Positions 32,344 to 46,500 of a DNA stretch of 64,000 nucleotides are shown one piece after another. Under the pieces are notes generated by a model. That model saw only the letters and a program-made list of their open reading frames with translations, was not told where the DNA came from and searched no databases. The stretch is from Octopus vulgaris. Lineage: Eukaryota. The position numbers were made by a program, and so were the translations under genes. The DNA lies in NCBI GenBank assembly GCA_951406725.2, contig OX597828.1, positions 13,020,001 through 13,084,000 on the forward strand, in the 5' to 3' direction. Each line of letters begins with the position of its first letter. The first letter of the stretch is position 1.

Positions 32344-35300
32344 CTATATGTGTGTGTGTGTGTTTGTCTCCCCAACATCGTTTGACAACCGATGCTGGTG
32401 TGTTTACGTCCCCGTCACTTAGCAGTTAGGCTTACAAAGAATAAGTCCTGGGGTCGATTTGCTCGACTAAAGGAGGTGATCCAGCATGGCCGCAGTCAAA
32501 TGACTGAAACAAATAAAAGAAAAATAAAGATTTGAAAGAATAATCTGAATGCTAAAGGGTTAAACTGGCCAAAATATTTGACCTATTTTATCTTCAAACT
32601 GGTCAGATTTGCCTTCTCTCATTTACTCTACAATATAATTCTAAAAATAAACTAGCAGTATTGCCCGGCGTTGCTCCGATTTGTTTCGACCCTTTAGAAT
32701 TGGAATTTTGCATTATGTAGCTTGTTATTCTCTTTAAGTGAACATTTTTCTGGTTGAAATACACCGAAAAATGGTGACACAGCAGTCAAAAAATCGTAAA
32801 AAAATAGGGGTTTTCATAGAAAAAAAACACCTTTTTGATGTAAATAATTTTTGGTCTTAACATGGTCCGATTTGAATTTTTTCTTCTACGGAATGAAGAG
32901 CAAGCCTTTTTCTATCATACTTTCAATTTTGGTCGAGTTGTGCCGCAGGGTCTCAGAGGAGATAGTGTTAGTTGAAGGCTACCGAACCTGCCACACACAG
33001 ACAACTTCAGCTTTATATATATAGATAATCACATCATTGTAATCTCAAAGTTAGAAGGTAAATGCATGACTAATTTTTATCAGTGTGAATAAATAAGCAT
33101 TACATTTGATAGAAATTTGAATGTTAAAAGGGTTAAGACAGTAATAATGAATATGATACACATCCACTTTATATAAAGGATAAAACTGTGAGGATTTAGT
33201 TTAATGATTCTCAATGTTTTTGACTTTGGAATTACAAATAAAAAAAATTACAGTACTGCTTGCATAACTATTTTCCAGTGTTCAGGAAGGATTTTCACCA
33301 CTGATGTCTATCCAAGGAGAACACAATACATTGTAATGAACATGGGTTGTCATGTGTTTTATTAGTGTAACGATACATAATCTAACTTCCGTCATGGTTG
33401 GACCTTTGTCAGTACAAATTAAACCAACCATGTCCTTTGTGAGATCCTTTCTAAGAGGTCTTCTATTTTCTGCATTATGTCAACAGCCTTTGTGATTTGT
33501 TGAGAAACATTGTCACAAGGAGTTTGCTGTCGCTTGAGTTGAACTGGGCAGTGAAAACTGGCTGTGTGAATAACTCATGAACATTTAACTGCAATATTTA
33601 TAGCTGAACATAAAGATATTTGGTGTTAGCAAATTGCAATGATCTGGTACCACTTAAAAAGTATCCAGTCCACACTGTGAAGTGTTTGGCATTTGGAAGG
33701 GCATCCAGCTGTAAAAACCGTCAAAACTGATTCCACCTGTGCTGATGCCACGTAAAAAAACACTCAGTCTACTCTGCAGGATGGTTGGTGTTAGGCAGGA
33801 CATCCTGCCAAAACAGACCCAGTAGCCTGGGGTAGTCTTCTACTTGGCTGGCTCCTGTCAAACTGTCCAACCCATGCCAGCATTTAATGATGATGATGAT
33901 GATGACGAGGAATATTAATAATTGCTGAATGGAAGAAGAGGAAAACTGCTCTGAAAATATAAAAAGTCACTTGTATTACATCATGAAATCTGTGGAAACA
34001 GATGAAGGCTCTGTATTGACAATCTATTAATAAAAATAATGGTTTCAGATTTTAACTCTAGGCCAGCAATTTTAGGGAAAGGGCTAAGTTGATTACATCG
34101 ATCGCAGTGCTCCACTGGTACTTATTTTATCAACCTCGAAGGATGAAAGGCAAAGTCGACCTCAGTGGAATTTGAACTCAGAACGTAAAGACAAACAAAA
34201 TGCCACTAAGCATTTTGCCCAGTGTGCTAATGGTTCTGCGGATCTTTTCGGTTTGAACGGCAGTTTTTTCTAGCGGTGTCATATGAAATTGTCACCCATA
34301 ATTATGACCCTAGTATTGATCTGTTGCATTTCAATCTGTTTTAGGGTTAGGGGGTGGGGGGAGGGTATCTTTTTTTTCTTCAGAAATGTAAATAAACCCA
34401 ATCTGTTTCTTAAACGAGTGACATATTCATACGGCACAGAATGTTTGTTTACCTCAATAGACGTCAGTGATTGGTTGAAATTGCAGAAATTGAAGAAAAA
34501 AACCCAAATATCTTACAAACTATAAAATTTTCTCAATAAAGCCAAGAGAAAAAGATGTTTTATAAACACATTCTACCAGTATACGAAGTTTAAAAGTGTT
34601 TAGTGACCTAGAAATTATGTTAAAAACTGCTGTTCAAACCAAAAAGATCCGGTTCTGCTGGCTTGCTGCCTTCTCTAATAATAATGCTAACATGTCAAAA
34701 TGTATACATGCAAAGAAAAACTTCAGCTTCTATCATTCTCTTGTATTAAGGTAAAATTCGGTGTCTCTAATAAGTGATTGATAAACTAACTAGCCTGTTA
34801 GTCCAGCCACCTGATCTGAAGATATGAAATTGGAAATCTAAGAGAGAGTAGGGGTTGTTCATACTAGTTAAGAACCATAATTATGTATTTTCTACAAGAA
34901 AATAGATCGACTGTGACTTTGAAGTTTTGACTTGCATACTGTCATCAGACTGACTGTTTTTATTTTTCAAACCTTTTATACTTTACTTAGAGGGTGTTCA
35001 TTGTGTGTGTGTGTGTAGACATTAAACTCTCTAGGTACATCTGCCAGTGTAATAATTCACCTTTTTAAAACGATAAAATGTGTTATATTGGAAATTTGGC
35101 TGCTATTTCTAAAACCTCGATCAACCTCATTGAGACTCTGTAGTCTGCTTGTTACTCAGTCAAGAAAGTTTTCTTGCTATTTCTACTGAATTTTAATATT
35201 TATCAGCGCATAACTTACTACTTGAATGTCACTGTTACTTTTTTTTCTTCTTTATTTTATCAAGTTATCAGTTTTTCATTTAAAGATAACAGCCATATCT

Positions 35301-38300
35301 TCCTTTTTGTACCCTGTCTCATCTCGTTTGATTTCATTTTACACGTTTCTTTCTTTTTTAGTTATTTATTTATTCCGATAGACTTAATTCGTACATTTTG
35401 GTTTTTTGTTTAAATATCATCAATAGCCTTCATTTATTTATTTATTTATTTATTATCAATCCCCTTTTTTTAATTACCTAATTGGAGGAAAGAGGAGCAA
35501 TGCTCGTAGATCTTGACTTCTTTCCTCCTAGGTTGGTACGATTGACAGAACTCGTGTTCAATTCTAGAGTAGGTCGATGTTTGGGGTAGGAAAATAAAAG
35601 GTAGGTAGGAATTTCGAAGTGATGCAGTCTTGGGAAGGAAAGATTGGGGGAAATGTTTACGACTTGGTCTGCTAGGAAAGACATTGTAAAGGCGGAGATG
35701 ATAAGAAGAGAGGCGGTTCTGGCAGCTGGATTTGGTGGGAGGAGATGATAATTATCTTCAGAGGGAAAATAAACCGCTGTAAGTCAGCACCAAGACTGTA
35801 GCGTGTTGGTGAGTAGGGGAGTAACTTGTCATTCCGCCGGGACTGAAAGTCCGATTTTGGATACAAGTAGATAGATTAGACTTATCTTTGGCTGAGTTAG
35901 CTTAGCGATAAAATAACCTTTGGGCTTACTTCAAAACTGCATGTTACCGTTTACAATTCAGTGCTCACAAACCAGTAAGACAATTGCCATGAAGCAACTA
36001 AAGATCCGATCCCCCTACCATAAATTCTTTACTGTTTGTAAAAATGAGGGTAGTTCATTTAACTCTTGAATTATAGCACACTGTTCTAAAATAAAGATTG
36101 GATTACTTTAGTGAGAGGAAGGAATACTGACTGAATGTTAACCGCACGACGAAGCTAACTTCCTTTATCTCTCTATTAGATGTATTTTTGTTATTTGTTA
36201 GAAAAATGTGCTCGTCTTTCTACAAATTATTAAACCCTGTGGTGTACATGTTTGATGACATACTTCGCCCTGATGTCACATCTTCGTAGAATTATATCGT
36301 GAAAAGTCGCTTGCTACCTCTTCGTGGTCCAATATTTCTAAAGGAGAATATACCGCCTTGGTGTTTAATATTGAAAAAAATAATTAAGAATTAGGTCGAG
36401 CTAGTGAAAAAATTAATTTCCAAATTGCAACCGTTAGCGAGATAACTAGGATCTTTTCGGTTTGAACGGCAGTTTTTTTAAAATAATTTCCACGTAACTA
36501 AACACTTTTAAACTTCGTATACTGGTAGAATGTGTATACAAAACATCTTTTTCTCTTGGCTTTATTGAGAAAATTCCATAGTTTGTAAGATATTTGTTGT
36601 TGTTTTTTTCTTCAATTTCTGCAATTTCAACCAATCAATGGCGTATATTGAGGTGAAAACATTCTGTGCCGTATGAACCCAAGATCATATGGTTGGGAAG
36701 CAAGCTTATTAATGACACACTACAGGTGCATCTATACATCTAAATCTTTAAAAAAATAGATAGCCGTGACTGAAATATTCTTTTTTATTATTATTATTTT
36801 CATAAAGTTTACCTGATCAAATCTGACTTGCGATTAAATAACAATAAAGCGCTATATCAAATACTAGCAGTATCGCCCGGCGTTGCTCGGGTTTGTAAGG
36901 GAAATAACTATATAAGCATTTTTAGAGATGTAAAGTATAATAGCCATCTCAATATGGCTAACCACAATGGGGGGTGTTACTGTAGCTTTTTACGTTCTGA
37001 GATTTAATAATACATTTTTAGAGAGTTACTTCCCTTATATAATAGCAAAAAAATGCATTAAAAATGGGAAAAAATGATGGTTAATTTTTTCTTAAATTGT
37101 AGACTCATCGTAGACGCGCGCTAATACCCAGAAGGGCTCGATATGAATCACGACTATAAGATACCCGCTTTTGGTTACACTGCACCGCAAAATGTGGGAG
37201 TAGTTAGGAATCTAAATCATAGGAGACAGACACACAACTTCACTTTTATATATAAAGATATGTGTCAATTGTGACAAATATATATTTTGCTGTGTCATGT
37301 GAAACAAAAAAATTTCTTGTATGTATGGTGTTAAGTTAATTTATCCATTCAAAGCCACACCTCGGTTTCATACATAAAAGTTATTGTTCTGGTGTTTGGG
37401 TTACAGTTGGATAAGCAGAGACAAGTCATTCAAGCAAGCAGCCATATATGTCCCACATTCATTACTGCAGTGGGCGATGCATTGTGTTTTGCATTCTAGA
37501 GCAAAACATTCCATTTCACATTGCTCCAATCTGCTCCACTGGCAAAAACGAACACTCCTGAAATAGACTGGTATCTCATCAAGGGACAGGTGGGGGTGGG
37601 GGGATAACTGCTCCTCAGAAACTGGTAAATGTAACCTATGACTTACTTAGGAAAGATCTACATTCGGGAAAAAAAGAGATTTTAGTGGATTAAAGTTTAT
37701 GGGAGGCATAACTTTGCATAACCTGGGGTGCGTTTTTTTAAAAATTTTTTTAAGATATTTTATGGGGAAAAAATTTTATCTTATATGATATTAAATACAG
37801 TATGTGTACCTTTGCCAATCTGAGAACTCTGATATACAAAGTGGTTAATTGTAGGCAGTGTGGAGGCACATGGCTTAGTGGTTAGGGTGTCAGCATCATG
37901 ATCGTAAGATTGTGGTTTCGATTCCTGGACTGGGCGATGCGTTGTGTTCTTGAACAAAACACTTCATTTCACATTGCTCCAGTCCATTCAGCTGGCAAAA
38001 ATGAGTGATGCTGCGATGGACTGGCGTCCCGTCCAGCTGGGCAACACATTCGTCAGTGAAACCGGGAAACCAGGCCCATGAGCCTGGTTAGGCTTTAAAA
38101 GGGCGCCTTTATTATTAATTGTAGGCAGTACTGTTGCAATTTGGACATATAATGTATTTGATGGCATATGAGATGAACATTTTATTATCATTATTATTAC
38201 TAAAGTGGCAAGCTGACAGAATAGTTAACATGCTGGGCAAAATGCTTAGCAGCATTTTATCTGTCTCTATATTCTGAGTCCAAGCTCTGCCAGGGTTGAC

Positions 38301-39647
38301 TTTGCCTTTCATCCTTTTGGGGTGGAGGGTGGGTCGATAAATTAAGTACCAGTGAAACACTGGGGGTTAATGTAATTGACTCATCCCTCTCCTCCAAAAT
38401 GGCTGCCCTTGTGGCAAAATACGAAACCATTATTATTATTATTATTATTATTGAGTGAGAGAGCAGTGCATGACATCAAAGTGACACTGGGGTAAAATAA
38501 ACGAAGCCCAGTATACCCATCATGACTACCCATTTGATAAGGGTACACCAGGCACATGCATCACAACCATATGTGCTCGACATGGTGATCTCATATCAAG
38601 ATAAACAGCACATGACTTTGCAGGTGGGGCCCAGTTAGAATTTTCTTCTGGTCGAGTAGCTGATCCTGCTCAAAAGGTCCCTGAATAAGGATTGTTTAAG
38701 GATGTTGAACGAACCACCCATGTTTCCAAAGGTGAATTATCCAAACATCTAAGAATTCCTTTCAACACATGGCTATGATGCTCCCTCACAACGTCTGCTC
38801 GTGGCCAGAGATGTACATATCGTCACCCACTAAGGGACATGCTCAACTGGTTAAGGTCAAACAACTGACAAGCAAATCTGTGGTACTGAGCAGAATATTT
38901 GCTGTAGCCATTATTATTATTATTATCATCTGGCAAGCTGGCAGAATCGTTAGCATTCTGGGCAAAAATGCTTATCAACATTTCATCCATTTTTATGTTC
39001 TGAGTTCAAATTTGACCAGGGTTAACTTTGCCTTTCAACCTTTCAGCATGAATAAAATTAGTACCAGTTGAGCACTGGGGTTGAGATAATTGCTCTTCCC
39101 CGAAATTCCTGGTCTTGTGCCAAAATTTGAAATCATTATTATTATGATTATTATTAGTGTTATTTTTATTATTGAGTGAGAGATAGGCCTTGTGTCTTCC
39201 TTCAGTAGAAAGGATTATTGAGTGAGAGCACAGCTCATGTTATCAAACTGACACTGGGCACAAATATACGATATACCCATCTGATAAGAGTATACCAGGC
39301 ACATGCATCACAACCATCAGTGCATGACATAGTGATCTCATATCAAGATAAACAGTGCATGACTTTGTACTTGGAACCCTGATAAAATTTTCTTCTGGTC
39401 AAGTAGCCCATCCCGCTCATTGTTATAATCATCATCATCATCATCATTATTATTATTACTATTATTATTATTATTATTATGGCGAGTTGGCAGAACCATT
39501 AGCACACTGGGCAAAAGTGCTTAGCAGTATTTTGCCCATCACTACGTTGTGAGTTCAAATTCCACTGAGGTTCAAATTCTGCTGAGGTTGATGTAATCAA
39601 CTTGTGCCCTCTCCCAAATTTTAGGCCTTGTGCCTACAGCAGGAAAG

Positions 39648-39683
<36 letters not shown>

Positions 39684-40812
39684 TATTATTATTATTATTA
39701 TTTTTATTATTATTATTCCGCCAAGGTCGACTTTGCTTTCATCCTTTCAGAGTCGATAAAGTAAGAACCAATGTGCCTGTAGTAGGAACGATTATTATTA
39801 TTAATTTTTAAGGTGGCAAGCTGGGGGTCATTAGCACGCTGGGTAAAATGCTAAGCAGCATTTTGTCTGTCACTACATTCTGAGTTCAAATTCCGCTGAG
39901 GTCAACTTTGCCTTTTGTCCTTTCAGGGTTGACATAATCAGTACCAGTTGAACACTGGGGTTGATTTAATTGACTAATCCCCCTTCCTCCAAATTTCAGG
40001 CCTTGTGCTTATAGTAGAAAGGATTATTATTATTATTATTATTTATTGTCTTTGCACAGCTTCTATCGCCGAAGATGTACTATGGTGCTGGCTGTTCACT
40101 ACCAGCGAACTAAGTAACACCCCTTATTTTCTGAGCACCATCTGGAGTATTCAAGCGGTTCCAACCAGTGCTGTTTCCTGCAGGTGCTCTGCCCTTATTG
40201 CAGTCCCTATTTGTTCCATGTACTTCTCAAGATTTTTACTCATTGTTTCCAGGGCTCTGACAATTATTGGTACTACTACCACCTTTTTCATCGACCACAA
40301 CTGTTTAATTTCCCAAGCTAACCTGTCATATCTGTTGACTTTTCTTTCTTCCTTATTGCATACCTTGTTGTCAGCTGGGCATGCTATATCTATGATCCAG
40401 CATCATTTGCTTTCTTTCTCGACACTATGTCTGGTTTCCTATTCTCTATCTCATGGTCACATAAGATCTTTGCATTATCATTTTCAATGATGCCTTTGGG
40501 TTTATGTTCGTACCACTTTTTGCCTCTGTCAAATCCATACTTTTTGCAAAGTGTCCAATGGACAATCTTTGCTATATTGTCATGACATCTCTTATATTCT
40601 TTCTGAACTAGTGGTGTACATTGACTGGTAATATGCTGTATGGTTTCACGATTTTATTCTCAAATTCTGCACTTACCACTTTCTGTATTTGATGTAATTC
40701 ATTCTTAGTGCTTGTTCTTGGATATCACAGATTAGAGCCTCTGTTTCCGATTTTAAATAACTTTTAGTCATCAATAGCCATCATCATCATCATCATTGTT
40801 ATCATTAATATT

Positions 40813-40859
<47 letters not shown>

Positions 40860-43236
40860 TATTATTAATTTTTTGTTCATCATGTACAAGTAAGTGTGTA
40901 TTCATCATTATTTTATTCAATTTTAGAAAATTGAAGCATGTCTTTGACAATTCCAGAGCATATGGAATTTATTGTGTGTGGCTTTTGGTCCACCCTGTAC
41001 ATAGATACATACATATGTATGTGTACGCACACACACACACACACATGTATTCATATCCTCCTCTCTCTCTCTCTCTCTCTTCTTTACTGACACACTCCCA
41101 TTTGCAGACACACACACATACATATTAACACATATACAATTTCCAACCATCTGTTACAAATTATTTACAAAAATTTGTGTTCATGCTATATTGAAATTTC
41201 TCTAGGAGTTCCTAAACACACTGTTTCCCTTTTCAGTCCTTCCACATTTAAACCCCTATATGTTCTCACATTTTTGCCAGCCCCTAAGCAGCTTACTATC
41301 TACACGTCAACAGTTTATTTTCATTTCAGGCTCCAGTGCTCCTATAATTACTATCAGGAGAGTGAGTGGTGAAAAGAGACCTTGAGGTTCCTTTCCATAT
41401 GTGCCCTTCCCCCCAGTTGTGAACAGTTAACTAGGAACTAGGAATTACCAAATTACTGATGCCTTTTGGCGATAGGGAGTTGGAATGTCAAAACCCATAC
41501 CATCATATTATTACCCTCACCATCACCACCCCCACCAAATCTGTCAACACCCACATCTTCATCCTCACCGTCACCATCACATTCCAGTGTAGGAGTCTCT
41601 TTACCCCCCCCCCCCCGGTTGCTCAACCGGCTTGGAGTAGTCGCCATATTTCCTTTAAATCACAGTCAAAAAGGAGGACACATTGGATAATGGGATAATG
41701 TAATGATGTAGTCCAAGACATATGTAGTCCCGTCTCTGGAAAAAAAAAATGATGGGATGGTCATAGTTGGAATGGTCTGATTGATCAGAATTGAACTGGG
41801 GTTTGGGGTTAAACATGAGCAAATGCATCACCACCAACACCACATACATTATCATCATCATCATCACCATATGAACCATCATCGCATACATCACCACCAA
41901 CACTACCACATGCATTACCATCATCCTTTTCATTACCACCTTTATACATCACCGTCACCACCAACAACACTACCATATACATGTCATTAAATTCATCATC
42001 ATCTCAACCATCACCACCACCACTACTACCACCATCATTATCATTAAATTGATCATCTCCTCCTCTGCCACCTCCATTATTATCATCATCATCACTATAC
42101 TCTCTTTTACTCTTTTACTTGTTTCAGTCATTTCACTGTAGCCATGCTGGAGCACCGCCTTTTCATCGAGCAAATCGACCCCAGGACTTATTCTTTGTAA
42201 TCCTAGTACTTATTCTATCGGTCGCTTTTTGCCGAACCACCAAGTTACAGGGACATAAACACACTAGCATTGGTTGTCAAGCAATGTTGGGGGAGACAAA
42301 CACACACACACATACATGTATACAACAGGCTTCTTTCAGTTTCCGTCTACCAAATCCACTCACAAGGCTTTGGTCGGCCTGAGGCTATAGTAGAACACAC
42401 TTGCCCAAGGTGCCACACAGTGGGACTGAACCCAGAACCATGTGGCTGGTAAGCAAACTACTTACCACACAGCCACTCCTATGCCTATCATGTACATTAT
42501 CATTAAATTCATCATCTCCACCACCATCATCATTGTTATCCTCACTAGCTATACTACTATTTAAAATAAAAAAAAGTATTTCGGAATAAAAAATACAAAA
42601 CAAAGAATGGCAGAGAAAATGTAAATATTTTTCTATCACAGTGTAACTTGATCTGTTAGAGAGTCAATCTTAAAATAACACCTATGAGTAGTTTACCATT
42701 AAAATATATTTCTGGATTTCTGGTTGGCAGTGGGAAAAATGTTTTGGTTTGGAGGTTTCTCTTGCCAAATGTTCACCACTTTGGCTTCGTTTTTTTTTTT
42801 TATGTTTTCTTTATTATGTTTATTCTTTGCATTTAAACATTGCATTATATTTTCTTATTTTTGTTCATATCATACTACAGCTTGTTGGTGAGTGGGAGGG
42901 CAGCTGTGTGTTTATGTGTGTGTGTGTGTGTGTGTATCTTGGGGAGTTGGGTGTCACCAATCTTTGCTTTTATTCCAGGGTTTCTCAACCAATTTTTATC
43001 TATGGTTCCCTTTGATTCCTGTTTCACCCAGATGGACCCTCCTAGCCATTCAATGTTTAAAAAATCCTAATAGGCGTAGGAGTGGCTGTGTGGTAAGTAG
43101 CTTGCTTACCAACCACATGGTTCCAGGTTCAGTCCCACTGCATGGCACCTTGGGCAAGTGTCTTCTACTATAGCCTCGGGCCAACCAAAGCCTTGTGAGT
43201 GGATTTGGTAGACGAAAACTGAAAAAGCCCGTCGTA

Positions 43237-43305
<69 letters not shown>

Positions 43306-43521
43306 AAACATTACTTTATATAATTAGGGTTCAGCAAAAAAATAGCTAAATTCTTTGGCTGCTATTTCTAAAAGTTCGGTGTGTGGTAAATTTTTTTGCT
43401 GAAACCTAATTATATAAAGTAATGTTTTAAATATACCGTAAATGGTCTTTTTACATACTGAACACTGCTTGGTAAAATTAATAATTACTAATTAATTAAT
43501 TTTACCCTTATTATTATTGAC

Positions 43522-43568
<47 letters not shown>

Positions 43569-46500
43569 TTGTGTATCTGTGTTTGTCCCCCCAACATCGC
43601 TTGGCAACTGATGCTGGTGTGTTTACATCCCTGTAAATTAGCGGTTCGGCAAAAGAGACCGATAGAATAAGTACTAGGATTACAAAGAATAAGTCCTGGG
43701 GTCGCTTTGCTTGACTAAAGGTGGTGCTCCAGCATGGCCGCAGTCAAATGACTGAAACATGTAAGGCAACTCTACATTGTATATTTACATTAACCGTGGT
43801 AGGCAAGCAAAAGTGTGATTGCATATTTGCATCAACCGTTGTCAACGAGTTAATCAACATGTTCTCTCAGATTCACACATTTATTGCAGCGGTCCTTCAG
43901 TTTTCCTAAGCTCTGTAAAAGAATGCAGAAGACTGGGCCTCCAACCAAGCATTTTGCAACACCCTCAAAGCCAGGAACCTTTTTAGCACCTCCTCGTACA
44001 CACTCACACACACACGCAAAACAATGTATTTTCTGCAATACCAAATATACAGCCAATGTTACTGTATTTATATTTTGTTATTCTTTTTATTTTTCCACAG
44101 TATCCCACAATGTATTCAAAAGACTCAAACATGTTCAACTGTATTCAGAGAGTTCACCAGAACACGTAATTATCTTCTAATTATTGACTTTTATTTACTT
44201 TTTATTTCTAAAAATGTATTGATTTTATATTTATTGTTGTGTCATTTAGAAGCTTGTTTTGTGACCACATTACTTTGGGTTCAATCCCACTACATGTTAC
44301 CTTGGGCAAGGGCAAGTGTTTTCTACTGTAGCTCCAGGCTGACAAATGCCATGTGAAGGAATTTCGTAGATGGAGACTGTGTGGAAGCCTCTCAATATGT
44401 GTGTGTTTGTATTTATCCCCACTGCACTGCTTGACAACTTATGTTGGTTTGTTTACTTTCCTGTAACTTAGTGGTTCAGCAAATGAGACCAATAAAACAA
44501 GTACAGGATTTTAAAGAATAAGTTAAATAAGTAGGTGCAGGTGTGGTGAGAAGCTTGCTTTCCAACCATGTGGTTCCAGGTTCAGTCTCCCTGCAGGGCA
44601 CCTTGAGCAAGTGTCTTCTACTATAGCCTCACGAGTGGATTTGGGAGACAGAAACTGAAAGAAGCCCATCGTACATGTGTTTGTGTATGCATGTCGTTGT
44701 GTCTGTGTTTGTCTCCCATCACCACTTCACAAGCAGTGTTGGTTTATTTACGTCCCCATAACTTAGCGGTTTGGCAAAAGAGACCGATAGAATAAGTACC
44801 AGGCTTAAGAAAGGGTTGATTTGTTCGACTAAAACAAAAAATCCTTCAAGGTGATGCTCCAGCATGGCCGTAGTCAAATGACCGAAACAAGTAAATAAAA
44901 AAAGTCCTGAGGTTGATTTGTTCGACTAAAAAGAAAAAAAAAACCTTCAAGGCAGTGCTCCAGCTTGGCCACAGTCAAATGACTGAAACACATGAAAGAC
45001 GAAAGTTAATTACTGTTTTGTAGGTCGAAGCAGTTACTGCTACTGCTGCTGCTACTGCTGCTGCTGCTGCTGTTATTTAACTTCAGGCCTACATTGACCT
45101 GAAGTAGATCTATGATTAAAGATACTAATACAAGGACAATCCCTTCTTACTGTATTACTAGAATTTAAGGAATTCTTTCATTCAAGACAGTAGAATGCAA
45201 GTCACCAGATCAATTTCCTTTCAAGCAACACAAAACTAACAGAAAATAGCAAACTGTGTTAAAAACTAACTGAAAATGACAATTTTGCTAAAAAAAAAAG
45301 TGTAAACAGTTGTCCCTTTGTTTTCATGGTTGACTGGTTCCATGAGTCTCCATGCTTATAGAAACTGTGTAAATTGAGAAGGAAGTCACTTTTATTGTTA
45401 TTATTTGTAAAAACAATACCCAAAGTAAATTGAAATTCATCATCATCATCATCATCATCATTTAACGTCAGCCTTCCATGCTAACATGTGTTGGACGATT
45501 TGACTGAGGTCTGGCGAACCAGATGGTTGCACCAGGCTCCAATCTGATCTGGCAGAGTTTCTACAGCTGGATGCCCTTCCTAACGCCAACCACTCCGAGA
45601 GCGAGCGTAGTGGGTGCTTTTATGTGCCACTGGCACAGGGGAGCCAGTCAGGCGGTACTGGCAACGGCCATGCTCAAATGGTGTTTTTTATGTGCCACCT
45701 GCACAGGAGTCAGTCCAGCGGCACTGGCAACGACCTCGCTTGAATGTTTTGTTCCCGTGCCACTGGCACAAATGCCAGCGAGGTAACGATCACGCTCAAA
45801 TGGTGCTTTTTACATGCCACTGGCACAGAAGCCTTTGACTGTGGCCATGCTGGAGCACCGCCTTTAGTCGAGCAAAGCGACCCCAGGACTTATTCTTTGG
45901 AAGCCTAGTACTCATTCTATCGGTCTCTTTTGCCGAAGCTAAGTTACAGGGACGTAAACACACCAGCATCGGTTATCAAGCGATGTTGGAGGAACAGACA
46001 CACACACGCACACACACACACTTATATATATACATATATATGACAGGTTTCTTTCAGTTTCCGTCTACCAAATCCACTCACAAGGCTTTGATCGGCCTAA
46101 GGCTATAGTAGAAGACACCCAAGATTCCACACAGTGGGACTTAACATCGAACCATGTGGTTGATAAGCAGCTACTTACCACACAGCCACTCCTATGCCTA
46201 CTTTCTTCATGACATGTAAAAGCCCAGTGACACATCAAAGAAACCTAATACACTCTAAGGAGTAGCTGGGATGAGGAAGGGTATCCAGCTGTAGAAACCA
46301 AGCCTAAACAGACTGGAACCTGGTACAGCTCCCTAGCTTACTAGCTTCAGTCGAACTGTCTAACCCATGCCAGCATGGAAAACAGATGTTAAAATATGAT
46401 GATGATGAACTCCATAAAGGAAAATAAAAACCAATGTTAACTTTGAAGTGGCTTGAACTAAGAACATAACTATCATCATCATCATCATCATCATCATTTA

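Noticed and set aside
41781-41990. His-rich ORF, and the many THTH/CVCV/YIYI ORFs elsewhere
   Set aside because: Translations of (CAT/CAC)n, (CA)n and (TA)n microsatellites with no splice or homology support.
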